Made by a program: the position numbers and the translations under genes
In this document: piece after piece, positions 37,253 through 49,721 of the stretch
Layout of the letters: the number at the start of each line of letters is the position of its first letter
How positions within the stretch are numbered: the first letter of the stretch is position 1
NCBI RefSeq assembly: GCF_006345805.1
Contig: NW_021835467.1
Span: 4,395-68,394, forward strand
Reading direction: 5' to 3'
Source: Octopus sinensis
Lineage: Eukaryota
DNA: 64,000 nucleotides
The notes under the pieces: model-generated
Told to the model about the DNA's origin: nothing
Seen by the model: only the letters and a program-made list of their open reading frames with translations
Databases searched by the model: none

Positions 37253-40200
37253 ATGCAAGATCATAACAAATCTAAATTGTCAATTTCGTCTGTCTCGCAA
37301 CAAAATGATCAGATCTATTCTCCAGCTCAATCAAACCAGATAACTCCAGAAGAAAGAGAAAACTGTCGAAAGTGGCTGTAATAGGCCTTTTTTATTTTAT
37401 TTAGCACAAATAAATTAATTGATAATAATACAGCTTACTCTTCTGAATTAACCAATATTGTAGCCCGTAAAGAAATGGAGATATTTGAGATATCTCTTGG
37501 CAGAGTTTGCTAAAGTGAATTAATTGGTAGGTTGACTACCGAAACCGTTTGCTTGAAGTATTGCAGAAATTACAAAATAGTCCTGGAAGCATGATAAACC
37601 TGAGAGCCCACGTAGATGAAAAGAAGACCAAAAAAAGTAAGAGAATGCGATGAAATTGTGAGATGTCAGCAGTGAAGACATAAGCGAGGAATTTTTGAAA
37701 GTTGTAGATATTCTGTGGGATTCCGTCCCCGATTCATTCGTTTTCCGTTACCCTGTGGATCCTGTAAAAGACATGGCTGAGGTTGATTTTTGGTCGGATT
37801 TCAGGATTATTATGACATAATAAAATCCCCAATGGATTTGTCGACACTCAAAAGCAATTTGTCTGGGAAGATGTACACTTGTCCGTGGAAATTGATTGAT
37901 GATGTTAATCTCATTTTTTCAAACGCACGGAAATACAACGGATCGAAGAGTAATATAACTCGAGCGGCAATGAGAGTAGAAAAGAGGTTACATGAGTAGT
38001 TGTCAGCAAAATTTAACGAAGTGGGAGATGAGGCGATGAATAGATTGGGCTACTGCTGTTCGAGGACTTATTTATTTAACCTTCGTGTGCTTTACTGCTG
38101 TACTTCTTTAAGTTGTCAGATTGGGGCAGATGCTGATTATTTCTCATATAAAAAGTATATATTCAAAATTTATATAAGGGAGGAGGAGGAATACGTGTGT
38201 TGTGTCAAGTGCTTTAATTCGGCCGAGGAGAAAATCACCATATCACCTGACTCGACTCAACTCCCCAAACAAGACTTTGTCCAAGCCAAAAATAATGTAA
38301 GAGAGCCTGAGCCTCTCGTGGATTGTGTTGAGTGTGGTCGCCGTGTGCACCAAGTGTGCGTACTTTACCACGAGGAACTTTATTCTGGGGGGTTTGTGTG
38401 TCGCATGTGTATGGAGAGTCCTTTTTCACCAAAGTTTACATGCAGAAGTAAGTCTATGTCTGATTTGTAGACCTTCCTCAAACGAGGTTGAGCGTGTATA
38501 TTGAAGAGAGAATTAATACCTTTCTACGAGCGGAGAGTGGTGGGATTGATTTTGGGACGGTCTTGGTGAGGGTCGTCTCCTCCACCATAAAAGAGTGCAG
38601 TGTGAAGCCTCTGTTCAAGTCAAAGTTCGGGGTAGACATGCCGGACGTATTTCCATACAGAGCAAAGACTCTTTTTGTGTTCCAGGTGCGTGGTGGGAGG
38701 GAACTGGCATTCTTTGCCTTCCATACACAGGAGTACGACTCGGAGTGTCCTGAACCTAATAAGCGGTATATCTATATCTTAATTGAAGGCGTGTATACAT
38801 CTCCTATCTTGACTCAGTACACTTCTTTGAGCCAAAATTCATCCGGACTCGGGTATATCACGAAATTCTAATTTCTTACATGGACTACGTACGTAAACTG
38901 GGGTTTGGAGTGAATTAAATGCTAGTTACGCGTGGGTGCACATCTGGGCATGCCCTCCAGGTGATAGAGACGACTACATATTCTACTGCCATCCTTTTGA
39001 GCAAAAGACTCCTACGGCTAAACGTTTGATTGAATGGTACAAAGTAATTCTTAACAATGCGATAAACCAGAAGGCAATTCGTTCATACCAAGTAAGTTTG
39101 TTTTGCTAAGTGGTAGGACCTACACAGTTGTGCGCATGAGAACGCAATAACTTGTCCAACTCAAATCCCGTATATGGATGGAGATTTCTGGCCCGCTAGA
39201 ATAGAGGAAATGATCAAAAGTGACGAGGAATGTAAAAAAGAGAAAAAAAGTAGTTTGTCGGACAAGTTGATGAACATGCTTGACAAGCAGCGAAGTGGCT
39301 TCTTTGTTATTGAATTGCATTCGAGCAGACTGAATTGTCACCTCACAACAATCGTCGACCCTGATCCTCCGATGAAGTGTGAGCTCATCGACAGTCGCGA
39401 TTCTTTCCTTACCTTTTGTCGAGATAAAAACTACGAGTTCTCCACCAAAAGAAGAGCCTTTTATTCTACTCAATCCATTGTAGTTGAGTTGTGTCTCCAT
39501 CACTTGATGTTTCACTGCAACAATTGCCAAAAGGAGATTGTACATGAAAGACATCACTGTAATCAATGCAGCGACTTTGACTTGTGCCAAATTTGTGCAG
39601 AAAATAATTCGCATCCTCATCCTTTAGTCAGAATTGGCCTCGATAAAGCAGACACCTCCACCATAATTACAGATGCAGCAATAGAAAAGTGGAAGGGTAA
39701 AGTGGGACACACTGTTTTCTGCCACGACTCAAAATGTGGGCGGCCTCTCTGTTCTCAGTATCGAGAATGTCTACTTCCACATTATATGAATAACATGTGT
39801 CCTCATCGTCAAACATGCAAACTTTGTAGAATTATTATTCGAATTTATGAGACACATATTTTGGACTGCACTAACCAGCATTGTGGAGCTAAATTGTGTA
39901 ATTTGTTCAAAAGACGCTTAAAAAGTATGCAAGCACGGAAACATGCAAGAGAACAAGATCAACTTTTGAGAAGAATGAACACTATGAAAATTGCCAATGG
40001 AGATAAACAACTTCTGAAAACTAATCAGCCAATTACTCGCACACAAAATCCCTTAATGCCTAACTCTCCTTTCCTAATTCCTCAGCCCAAACGTCCTCTT
40101 CTCATTCAAACCAATTCTGCAGTACGCTTGTCTCCTATTAATTCACCCCTCCCAGACTTGAGTATCAAGAATAAGTTACGAAACGGTCGATTTCCTGATT

Positions 40201-40295
40201 TTTCCGAATTGGAGCAGCGACTCAACTGTGAGCCCGATGCTGCTGAGAAGGAATGGACGGATAGTCAAATCATTCGCTTCTATCAACCAGATTGA
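37253..40295 (+). CDS. CREBBP: Miniaturised CBP/p300 histone acetyltransferase (KIX-like, bromo, RING, PHD, HAT, ZZ, TAZ2)
   Basis: [56 protein letters not shown]...[19 protein letters not shown] (CNNC...[10 protein letters not shown]) and TAZ2 Cys/His pattern; about ten 23-27 nt introns. Confidence 0.95.
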
Positions 40296-41370
40296 TTATT
40301 TTTTGTTTTAAATACATTTTATTCTTAATTCAATAATTTTGAGGTTATATCATAACCTTTTGTAACATATCTGAAAATTCTTTTCCCGTCGAATCTACTT
40401 TTTTGTTAATTTAATCAACGCCATCTTGATTTTTATACTTTTCGATTTTCATAGTATAGCTTTATTTAAAAATCATTCTCTCTAAAGTGTTTTAAAATGT
40501 TGTCACCACTCTATCGCATGTAAATAAAATAGGGATTACCCCGACATTTTTGTTCTGAACCTTCCAGTGCACTAAAAATTACCTCTGGGTGTTATGATTT
40601 TCACTTAGATTGCTTTCAGTTCATTTAACATTAATTTTATGAAATGATCGGATGAAATTCATTAACATCAATTTAAGTATTCATAGACATTGGACCAAAA
40701 TAGAGTGCAGATGCTTTATTTTTTAGTAAATATTCACGTTGGATTTTTATCAAATTCAATATTGTCAATTTACTTAAATTTCAAGTATTTTATTTTCAAG
40801 ATAAGAATACTGAGAAATCTTCCTTTGTTTGCCGGTTGAAATTGGATATGACTGTCCATAAGTATTTGACAGATATTCTAATCACTTTTTCGAATTCTCC
40901 GAGCTCAATACCGGGTGAAAGTTGAATGTTTGAGGATAACTCTCTTAAAGAAAGTTGAATGTAATAGTTTTGACTTAATAACTACTTAATACGGTTTATA
41001 TACAATTTAGTGTAAACTTTCAAATGGTACTTGAAAGTGAGAAATCTTGCAATCGTAGATTTTCTACTTTCAAGACCAGCAAGATCCCCGCTTTTCTTAA
41101 GCAAAACTGGATTTCTAAATATACAAATACCTACAGAACAGTCATTGCTTGCTCTCGTGTCTATTAATTGCGGTCAATGATTATTGTTTTTTACCGCCGC
41201 GGGAATTGAGCCTCGAAGAGCCTAAGATCGTTTTGAGATCAAAAAACCTTCATGGCTCCTCTAAATTAGTCCCAAACGGATCATTTTCAAAAACGCTTGT
41301 CTTTAAAAAGTCGAATAAACCGAAATTATCTGACATCTCAGCAATTTTTTATAATCAAATTAGTAATAAC

Positions 41371-43040
41371 TACAGCAACATTTTTATTGACTTAAAAAAA
41401 TAAAAATTGCCCTTAAAATTTTAAAAATTGACCAAATAATTGACCGTAAAAATACTACTTTATTTTCATATATAAACTACGTTTATGAAAATTTAAAGTA
41501 ATTTTATTCATCGTCTACCGAGTTATTTACAATTAAGTAATATTTTACATTATCCACTTTAAAATTCCTATCCTTGGTTAAGATTTTGTTAAGAATCGAA
41601 AATGATCGTTCTACTGCGCACGATGTTGCCTGACATTCAATCAACAAAGAATAATCTAAAGGTGAAATAGAATGATCATCGAAATTCATAATTTTTGTGA
41701 TATCATTGGAATTCATCCTTTTGATAATATAATTTTTTATTCCACACACGTCTTCTTTAAAATCCATGTTTTCAAATAATTGAATGCTTTTTTTATAGTA
41801 AAATTGGTCGATTCTAAATCATCAAGCAAATGTAATAAAGGTGAATATTGTGATATTATCGTCGTTAGATCTTCATGAAGTTGTTCATTAAATAAACATT
41901 CTTTCGCTCTTTTAATGAGCAAAGAATTTCCTTCTAAGGAAGTGCATACTTGAATAACATTTGGCAGGTTTGTAGCATAGTAAGAAACAGCTTTAAGCCA
42001 GCTTCCCCATCTCGTAACTATTGGTTCTGGTGGGTACCCAATTTCCTTAAACAATTGTCTTCGATAATTGTTCTTTACAACAAGTGCTTTAATACAAGCA
42101 ATCAATTTATCAACTTCGGGACAATATACTTTTATTTTAAGTGCACAATTATGCACTAAATGAGCAAAACATGTGATATGGTATAGACTGGAATATAATA
42201 GCTTGAGAGTATTTCCTGCAGAAACCATATATGGAGCAGCATCGGTAATAAGGAGAGAAAAATTGTTTCTTTCAACATTCATTTTCCAAATAGTGTCATC
42301 AATTATTTGACTGATGATAGAAGAATTCGGAGAGGAATCAATTTTTATACAATCTATTAGGTAAGATCTTTGCGGATTTTCCAACTAGACAATTCACAAA
42401 TTTGTCTCCCAACACCAGTTTCGTCCACAATCAAAAAAACCTTAACAATTATACTATTCCAATAGACTAACTTTCTTATTTGAAATTAAATTAATTATTT
42501 TGGATATCTTTTGTTGTGCTAAAATTTCTACCATATTGCGGCAAGTAATCTCTGAAGGAAGTGGATGCCCGATACTTCCAAATAAGTTGATAATTGCTCG
42601 ATATCTCAATTTATAGAGCGGAATGTAAAAATTGTTTCTTGCATGTCACATGTAACTCACATAATTTACAAAAAAGCATTCCATTTGGTGTAATTGTAAA
42701 CTCTTTAGGATATTTTTCACAAATATTTTTAGCTTTTTTAAAATCCGAAGGTTTATTTTTAGGCATAAATACACTATAATTTAGTTTAAAATTTGTTAAA
42801 ATAAGAGACAAATGTCACTGCGACTATTTTAAATTTATTTTGATGCTTTAAATAATATTATTTAAATTTTTATTTAAAAATTGACCTAATTAAAAAAATT
42901 GACCTGGAAATCTAAAAAGTTGACCAAATTGACCTAAAGAACTTTTTATATAAACTTTTTTTTGACTTTATTTTAATTTAATCATTATTTTTAGACTTAA
43001 CTCTGGATTGAAGTTGACTTTATTGACTTATGTTGCCCTA
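41371..43040 (-). mobile_element. Full-length hAT family-2 transposon with frameshifted transposase
   Basis: TIR TAGGGCAACAT / TACAGCAACAT, 8-bp TSD GTAATAAC (41363-41370, 43041-43048), N-terminal LFCKLC zinc finger, VDET, ITDAAPYM, CFAHLVH, VTRWGSWL and SCAVERSFS. Confidence 0.92.
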
Positions 43041-43074
43041 GTAATAACATTAAGTAATTAGTCAACTTTACGAC

Positions 43075-43333
43075 ATTGTCAGGAGGGCTCTAAAGTCGGC
43101 TGGTTTCCCTTGAATACCTGTGTATTTCTGACTCTTTTGAGTTTGCTTCTCTTGCCTTCGAAACCTCAAAAATCTTCGGCAAGGCCGCGACTCAACTCCT
43201 CACTGACATTGTTAGGAGGATATCCTCGATAACAAACGACCGGAGGGAGACGAGCTGGCTCTTTCAGCGAATCTCGGTCGCTGTGCTCTGCGGAAACTGC
43301 CATTCAATACTAAATGGGGTGTCGTTGATCTGA
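43075..43333 (+). mobile_element. CRE 3' fragment
   Basis: DIVRRALKSAGFP...FETSKIFG...DRRETSWLFQRISVAVLCGNCHSIL*. Confidence 0.8.
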
Positions 43334-43542
43334 CCCTCAGGCTCTCGACTGTTCTTTGAGTTACTTATTTTTTTTGTTCTCATTATCATCTACAAAAAAA
43401 GCTAGAAAGTTCACTGCACAAGTTATTCAAAAATTATAGTCCAATTTTACAAACATTTATTCCAGGCATTCTGATCGTCACGGCACCCGCCTTCAATTTC
43501 AACACCTGGTCAACTACATGATCTCTCTCCAATCACAATGAA

Positions 43543-43765
43543 CCTCAAACGAGGTTGAGCGTGTATATTGAAGAGAGAATTAATACCTTTCTACGAGCGG
43601 AGAGTGGTGGGATTGATTTTGGGACGGTCTTGGTGAGGGTCGTCTCCTCCACCATAAAAGAGTGCAGTGTGAAGCCTCTGTTCAAGTCAAAGTTCGGGGT
43701 AGACATGCCGGACGTATTTCCATACAGAGCAAAGACTCTTTTTGTGTTCCAGGTGCGTGGTGGGA
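43543..43765 (+). repeat. 223-bp identical copy of a CBP HAT-domain exon segment (38476-38698)
   Basis: No mismatch seen by eye between the two copies. Confidence 0.9.
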
Positions 43766-44364
43766 TGGGAACGGGTATTTACGACTAAGTATGATCTTAC
43801 ATTTTTGATGTAATAATGTCTTTTTTAAATAAATCTATATTAATCTCTGGTCTTCTTTTCAGTCCCTTTTCTATCAATTATATATTCATAAATTTCAAAT
43901 AAATATTATTAAAATTACACCCCAGTGGTCGCAAAAGCAAAAAAAACAAGATCTATTTTTTGAACATTTCATTGCCATAATGATTTTTTGGAACATGGTT
44001 TTATAAGATTTTCGGCCTCTCAACTAGGTGCTACAAAATAATTCACCTGTCTAAATTAGATTAATTCTATACTCTTGTATTGCACTTAAAAATATTTCAA
44101 GTAGATTGACACTCATTGTTTTTCTGCTTGGGCAAATAGATGATTTGCAAAGTGACACAATAATCTCTCCACCTTTCTTTTTCCATACATTGTCTGTATT
44201 TAACCACATGGAGTCTAAAGTAATTGTCATTGACAAAATACTCTTGCCGCATAGTTAAATATAATAAAATATTCACGTGTTAAGCACGTAATATTATTTT
44301 TTAAACTCTTCAATTCCAATTGATAAAATTAAGGCAGGTTCGAGGAAATAAGACTACGCAGTTT

Positions 44365-44435
44365 AGAACGCCCTCCCAGCCTCGCGGATTGCCAAACAGT
44401 TGTCACGGATTACGGCAGTTTGTTTTTAAATGAAT
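44365..44435 (-). mobile_element. CRE 3' micro-stub
   Basis: TAVIRDNCLAIREAGRAF*, similar to IAVIRGNGFAIREAGR at 63805-63996. Confidence 0.6.
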
Positions 44436-44605
44436 AAAGTCATTTTTATAAATTCCCCACAATTTAATAAATACAACTAACGACTTGAGGCGCGAGACAC
44501 GTCCTGCTTTGAGGGTCATAGAGTTCATCATTATGACATTTGTGCTTTATTTTTACCATTCCAACATCTTGACACTCAAAATATTCACTTGAACAAATAT
44601 TTTCT

Positions 44606-45950
44606 TCATTCTGTGGATAAATCCCCACATCTTGGCACTCCTCTGAATAACATCAACTTATTCCAACCAGAATCGTAGAGAACATCCTCAATGCTATCTT
44701 TCCCAACTAGTGACTCTATCCTAGGAATATAAAAATCGTCAATTCCGATTTTATACTCCTCGTCAGCCAAGAATAATCTTGACGTCTTTAATAGTCCCAA
44801 AAGCTTACTTGAGAAAACGAATCTAGTTTTTTCCGAAAAGCGGAAATGAGGGGGAATTGTTTTGATTGGCAAAACTTGCCAGTGAAATCATCAAAGTCAA
44901 TAGTCCAAAGAGCAGCCCCGGCAAATCTCATAGCACAAATGTACTTTGCCTTCTCTTCCAAACTCTGTTCGCTCTCTAACGAAACCCAATATTCGTTTTG
45001 TGTTGCATACGCTGCACCAAAGTGAGAATCCCATTTAATATTCCAACGGCACACCTTTTATTAAATTAATACATCACTTCATAGTAAGCAAGAATTCCGC
45101 TCATTTTGGTATAATTCCCAATTTTTGTTGACTGCATGGCCAGGGCACCTATCTCTCCAGACGAGGAGTAGAATCGTTCATATAGTCTGGCATATAGTGC
45201 TATTCCCACCAATAATTTGTTTCTCTTTATGTTCAGAGTGAGGAGTACGTTGAACAAACTAGTCTAAAGAGGTTATACAATCAATAACAATGCAGTTTTG
45301 TGCGCCACTGCAGTTTAGTGCGTTGTGGAATTGAGTAGTGTTTTCATGATGATGATTTAAATCAAATCCGTCAACTATTACGTAATCCAAAATTCTAAAT
45401 TTAAGAAAATAAATATACTACTCAGATAGTTTTTTTATTTTGTGTAAATTTGTGCCATTTACATGGGAAATGAGAAGTGTAGACATGCTTTTCTTAGTGG
45501 CCACTCTGCTTATGTACTTCATTGACCACAAAGGTGTACTTTTGCTAACTTAATAACCACTTCAAGACCATCCGTTGAACCAAATATATCAATTCCGTCA
45601 AAATTATGTCGCAACATAAAGTCGAGGGCGTTCCTAGCCAGAATCAAAAACCTTGAAGCTCCAAAAGGCATGAAATTTAGCTGAGGGATGCGAAGAGAAA
45701 TCAATAACTTGACATTAAGGGAGATTTTGATAGCCAACAGCTGCTCGTACATGTTCAGTTCTACAAAATAAAGTGTTCTTAGACCTGAGGAATGAGCGTC
45801 GTCTTGTCCGATGGGAATTATCTGCAATGTAGACGGGTCGATGTCAGCAAATGCGTAAATGAGATGAGTGCAGAGATTCTTCCGAATGTCCTCAGGCATC
45901 AAACGACTCCCGGACATGCTGTACTGTGCCCAGAAAGGGTAGTAGCACAT
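44606..45950 (-). CDS. GH18 chitinase-like protein with non-catalytic active-site motif; start approximate
   Basis: CYY..WAQY, LCTHLIYAFA, FDGIDIFGS, KLLVGIALYAR, GILAYYE and GAALWTIDFDDFTGKFC...FPLI. Confidence 0.88.
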
Positions 45951-46184
45951 TGTTTCTGCTCTTGATTATTAAAATTACTTGGCTTATTTTTAGACAGAGT
46001 TTGATAGAAATTAATCATGATTACAAATAAGATCATTAAATTATTATAAAACGTGAGTTTAAATTGTATTAATTAATTATTAATCTTAGATTAGCTCGAA
46101 AAAATTCAATTTAAATAGCATTTATACCATTTTTGAATCATATGCGATAAGTACTGGTTTAAATCGGATTTAAAAATTAAGTTA

Positions 46185-46500
46185 GTTTTGATCTAAAACT
46201 ACTAATGATCGAGAAAACGTTGCCTTTCAGGAGCGCAATGGAGATTCATTGGAAGAGCCATTGCTTCTCCCGAGGCTTTTGTCGTCTTTTGGAGATCAGT
46301 TGCCAGATTCTCCCAACGAGTTCCAGAATATTTCGGATATTTGTCTTCGAGAAAGTGTCGGTGGACGTAGAGTCCCACGCGAGGCATTTCCCATTAATCC
46401 ACGGAAAACGGTGACTCCATTTCCCGTCTCCACGTTCAAGCCCAACATGTTCAAGTTCGGTGGCTATTGCTCTGTCCTCTTGACACCAAGATCCCGAGCA
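46185..46500 (-). mobile_element. CRE 3' fragment with internal deletions
   Basis: GLERGDG..VTVFPWINGKCLAWDST...REKQWLFQ*ISIALLKGN. Confidence 0.8.
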
Positions 46501-49409
46501 AGCTGTATATAATCGCCATCCTCTTCATCCTTATTTATAAGTGCTCTTCTTGTAGCCATATCTGGTTTAATTTTTTGTCGTATAGAGAAATGTCTGGCTT
46601 GCTATATTGAATTTTTGATTCGGTTGGAATAGTATTATCAATAAGGAACAGTTTGAATGATATTTAAATATTCATCAAATTTTGATTTCTCAAAACGGAG
46701 ATCGATAATTCTGAATTAATTTTTAGGGATTAAATCGGGTTTGTAGTTGTTACGACATTCCCATATGTTTCTGTTGCTGCTATCGTAGAAAAATATCTTA
46801 TTATTGGTAGTCATTGCTTAAAACAATAAAATGATATTAAATCCAATTTTTATATTAGATAGCGTGAACTGAGGCACTTCTACAAACCGCACCCAATCAT
46901 CACAGTGCTGGAATACCTTTTCGGAAGCAGTTTTTCAGGTAAATTTTTATATAAATTATGGTCGAAAGCACGGATCAAATTTCAATTTTTTGTAGAATTG
47001 TACGTCACTGAACCCGAGTTGCGCCAAATTTTTTTATCAGATTTATCAGATTTTTTTTATTTTTTATTCTTAAAATTTTTATAAATTATGACGAATTCTA
47101 CGATTTCCAAATTTAAATTGACACTAAAAATTTTTTTTAAATCGAATCTTAGAATCAACGGATTTAAGAAAGGCGAATTTGGGGGGATTTACTGTACACT
47201 TAAGTTCATTCAAACATGGATACGAAAACTTTCGTTTACTATTGGAAGCATGTGTGGAGCCTATATGGTGAAGCTTCTTAGTGAAACAGAATTATTATTG
47301 TAAGAAAAAAATCCGAAGAGGCATAAAAGTGTCTCATTTCCAGTTGGTCGACCATGCCGCTGTTGTTCTCTTCATGGACGACTCTTCTCCAATGGAAGGG
47401 AAGGTTTTGAATCTGTTTGTTGGAGACAGTAGAACTACTTATATGTTGGCGAATGGACTGTTTTCAGCAATTGTGAGTTTACAGGATTCCTTGTTAACTG
47501 ATTTGTGTTCTCTTTGTGTGTGCTATATGAGCACCATGTCTCTGTGGCACACCTCTTACATTGCCCCGCAAGCAGGATGTTTTCTTGTTCCTGTGGGGTT
47601 CAGTGCGGCGTTTAATCCAAATTTTTCCCAGTCAGTAAGTCGCACACACTTAAATTAGAAAGAGTCAATATGATCAAAGCAGAGTGTGCAAGTGACTTGA
47701 TGAGTCTCATGCGTGGAATAGAGGAGCCCTTTGATACAAATCTTGTTTTGAATTCAATCCATATTTGCTAACTGAAATGGAGTTTGGCAAAACATCAAAG
47801 CATAATTCGGTCAATTTCCCATCTGATGAGTTATTCTGCCTCACTCACCAGTTTTGTCGGCTTGATTCTTGCGCTCTCTCCGTCTCGGAAAATTCCAGTT
47901 TTCGCCCTATTTGGCCCAAAAATGGAGGCTGTGTGTCAATTATATTGTTTTTTTTGAATGGCGGGTAAATTAGTGACAAATTTCTCGCCCTTTTCAATTA
48001 TTTCAATATGTTCTTTGTCAAAATGAATATGTGGGTTCATGAGCCTGTGAATGAAGTATGAAATGGTTACATTTAACAAAGAGACTCAGTTTGGAGACCT
48101 GCCGTTAACAGAGGAAATGAAGGGAGACTGAAAGTTGACTGAAGAGCTTCTTGTACATTTATCGTCCGCCATGCCGCTGTTGTTCTCTTCATGGGCAAGA
48201 GTTCTCTTATGTAGAGTACAGCGCAATCCATTCAAAAAAAAGATGAAACAAGTATAATCATCAAAATAAATGGCTTATACCAATTCGCCTACTCTGCAAA
48301 AAACTCTTAAAGTAAAAAAATTGAAGGCAGTAAAAAAGAATCAACTTCGTTTCGTTAAAACATTGATACAAAATAAAATCCTCATAATTAAAAATTTTAA
48401 TATAATTTCAATTTTATTATTTGGTTGAAAAAATATTACTATTATTAATGAGGTAGATTTATGCGAGTTAATCAATCTGTAGAGAGCATTCTGGCTCATG
48501 ATGTTCAGGGCTCTGTTTCAGATTACAGAAAAGACTGCCAAATTTAGGAATTGCTGAAGTAGAATCAAAACTTTAAAAAATCAGCTCGCTATTCTTGAGC
48601 ACCTCTATAGCCCTGAAGATGTATTTCTCTCTAAATGCACAAAATGTGTCGTTGCTACCCTAAACCTTCTGTCCATAATAAAGAGAAAAACCCGATAACT
48701 TTTAAAGTTTCAACCAATTACATCTGAAGTGCTAGCCTTATTTAAGCCTGAACTTTAACGTCTCTCAGAATAAATCTGCATTACTTTTTTGACATGCAAA
48801 AAGCTCTATTCCCAGTAAAAATCCCTAAAGGAGTACGAATTGCCACAGCAACGTGTCTCTCGGATGGAATTGGCCACGCACTGTCCTCTCACAGTTGCGA
48901 ACCCTGGCTAAAGGTTATATGCTTTGTCGCACTCGGAGTACTCACAACAGAATCGGAAAACAATAATAAAGAAAAAAACTCCCGCATCAACTTAATCAAG
49001 AAACTGAAAGGAAACAGAATGAATTTTTGCAGTTGTCACAGGCCTAGGGTGTTACCAAGCCTAGGTGGCTACACTTTCAGACTTTAAATAAAATTCAAAA
49101 AAATATTTGAATTCTATTTCAAAATCTATTTTGTCAAAATAAATATTATAAAATGACAAATACCTTACAAAACAGAACAGAAATTTTTATTGTAAAGAAC
49201 AAGAGACTGGTACAGAAATTTTTTGACGTCGATACAACAAGACGGCAGCAATTGCTGACCCGTTAAGCAATAACCTAGGGACGTGCCTAATCGCTGCATT
49301 GCACGCATTTTTGTACGTGCAATGTGATCATCAAACTTACCGGACGGCTTAAAGAGCACTTGTAAAATCCACATTCTAGGACTTCCAAGACTTAAGTTCA
49401 GTTTCCAAT

Positions 49410-49655
49410 TTGCAGGCCCACGGCGCTAAAAAGGCCAAGATCGTCTACAATTACGAGGTTATCTTCTCGCGTCACTCCAAAACTGTGGGCAGCAGAAACA
49501 TTTCCGTGATCCAGGACGAGGTGATCATGTTGTTGGGGAATTATCATGAGGCTGATTGGTGTTATGTAATATACCACACTCTACTTCCAGGTCATGAAAC
49601 TCGACTCCATATTGACAGGGTACGTTGCGAGAGTTTTATACAACACAGTGATTAA
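49410..49655 (+). CDS. SH3-domain C-terminal exon(s) (endophilin-B-like by eye); upstream exons unresolved
   Basis: AKIVYNYE...NISVIQDEVIMLLGNYHEADWCYV...RVRCESFIQ*. Confidence 0.55.
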   Translation: MQAHGAKKAKIVYNYEVIFSRHSKTVGSRNISVIQDEVIMLLGNYHEADWCYVIYHTLLPGHETRLHIDRVRCESFIQHSD

Positions 49656-49721
49656 TATTTAACACTTAATTATAAGGTGGCTACCCTATAAAACAATACA
49701 TCCACACTTCTTTAGACACCA

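Noticed and set aside
40760-41360. Minus-strand gene disrupted by the hAT at 41371
   Set aside because: Only short coding-like stretches; I could not build a consistent spliced frame or recognise a family.
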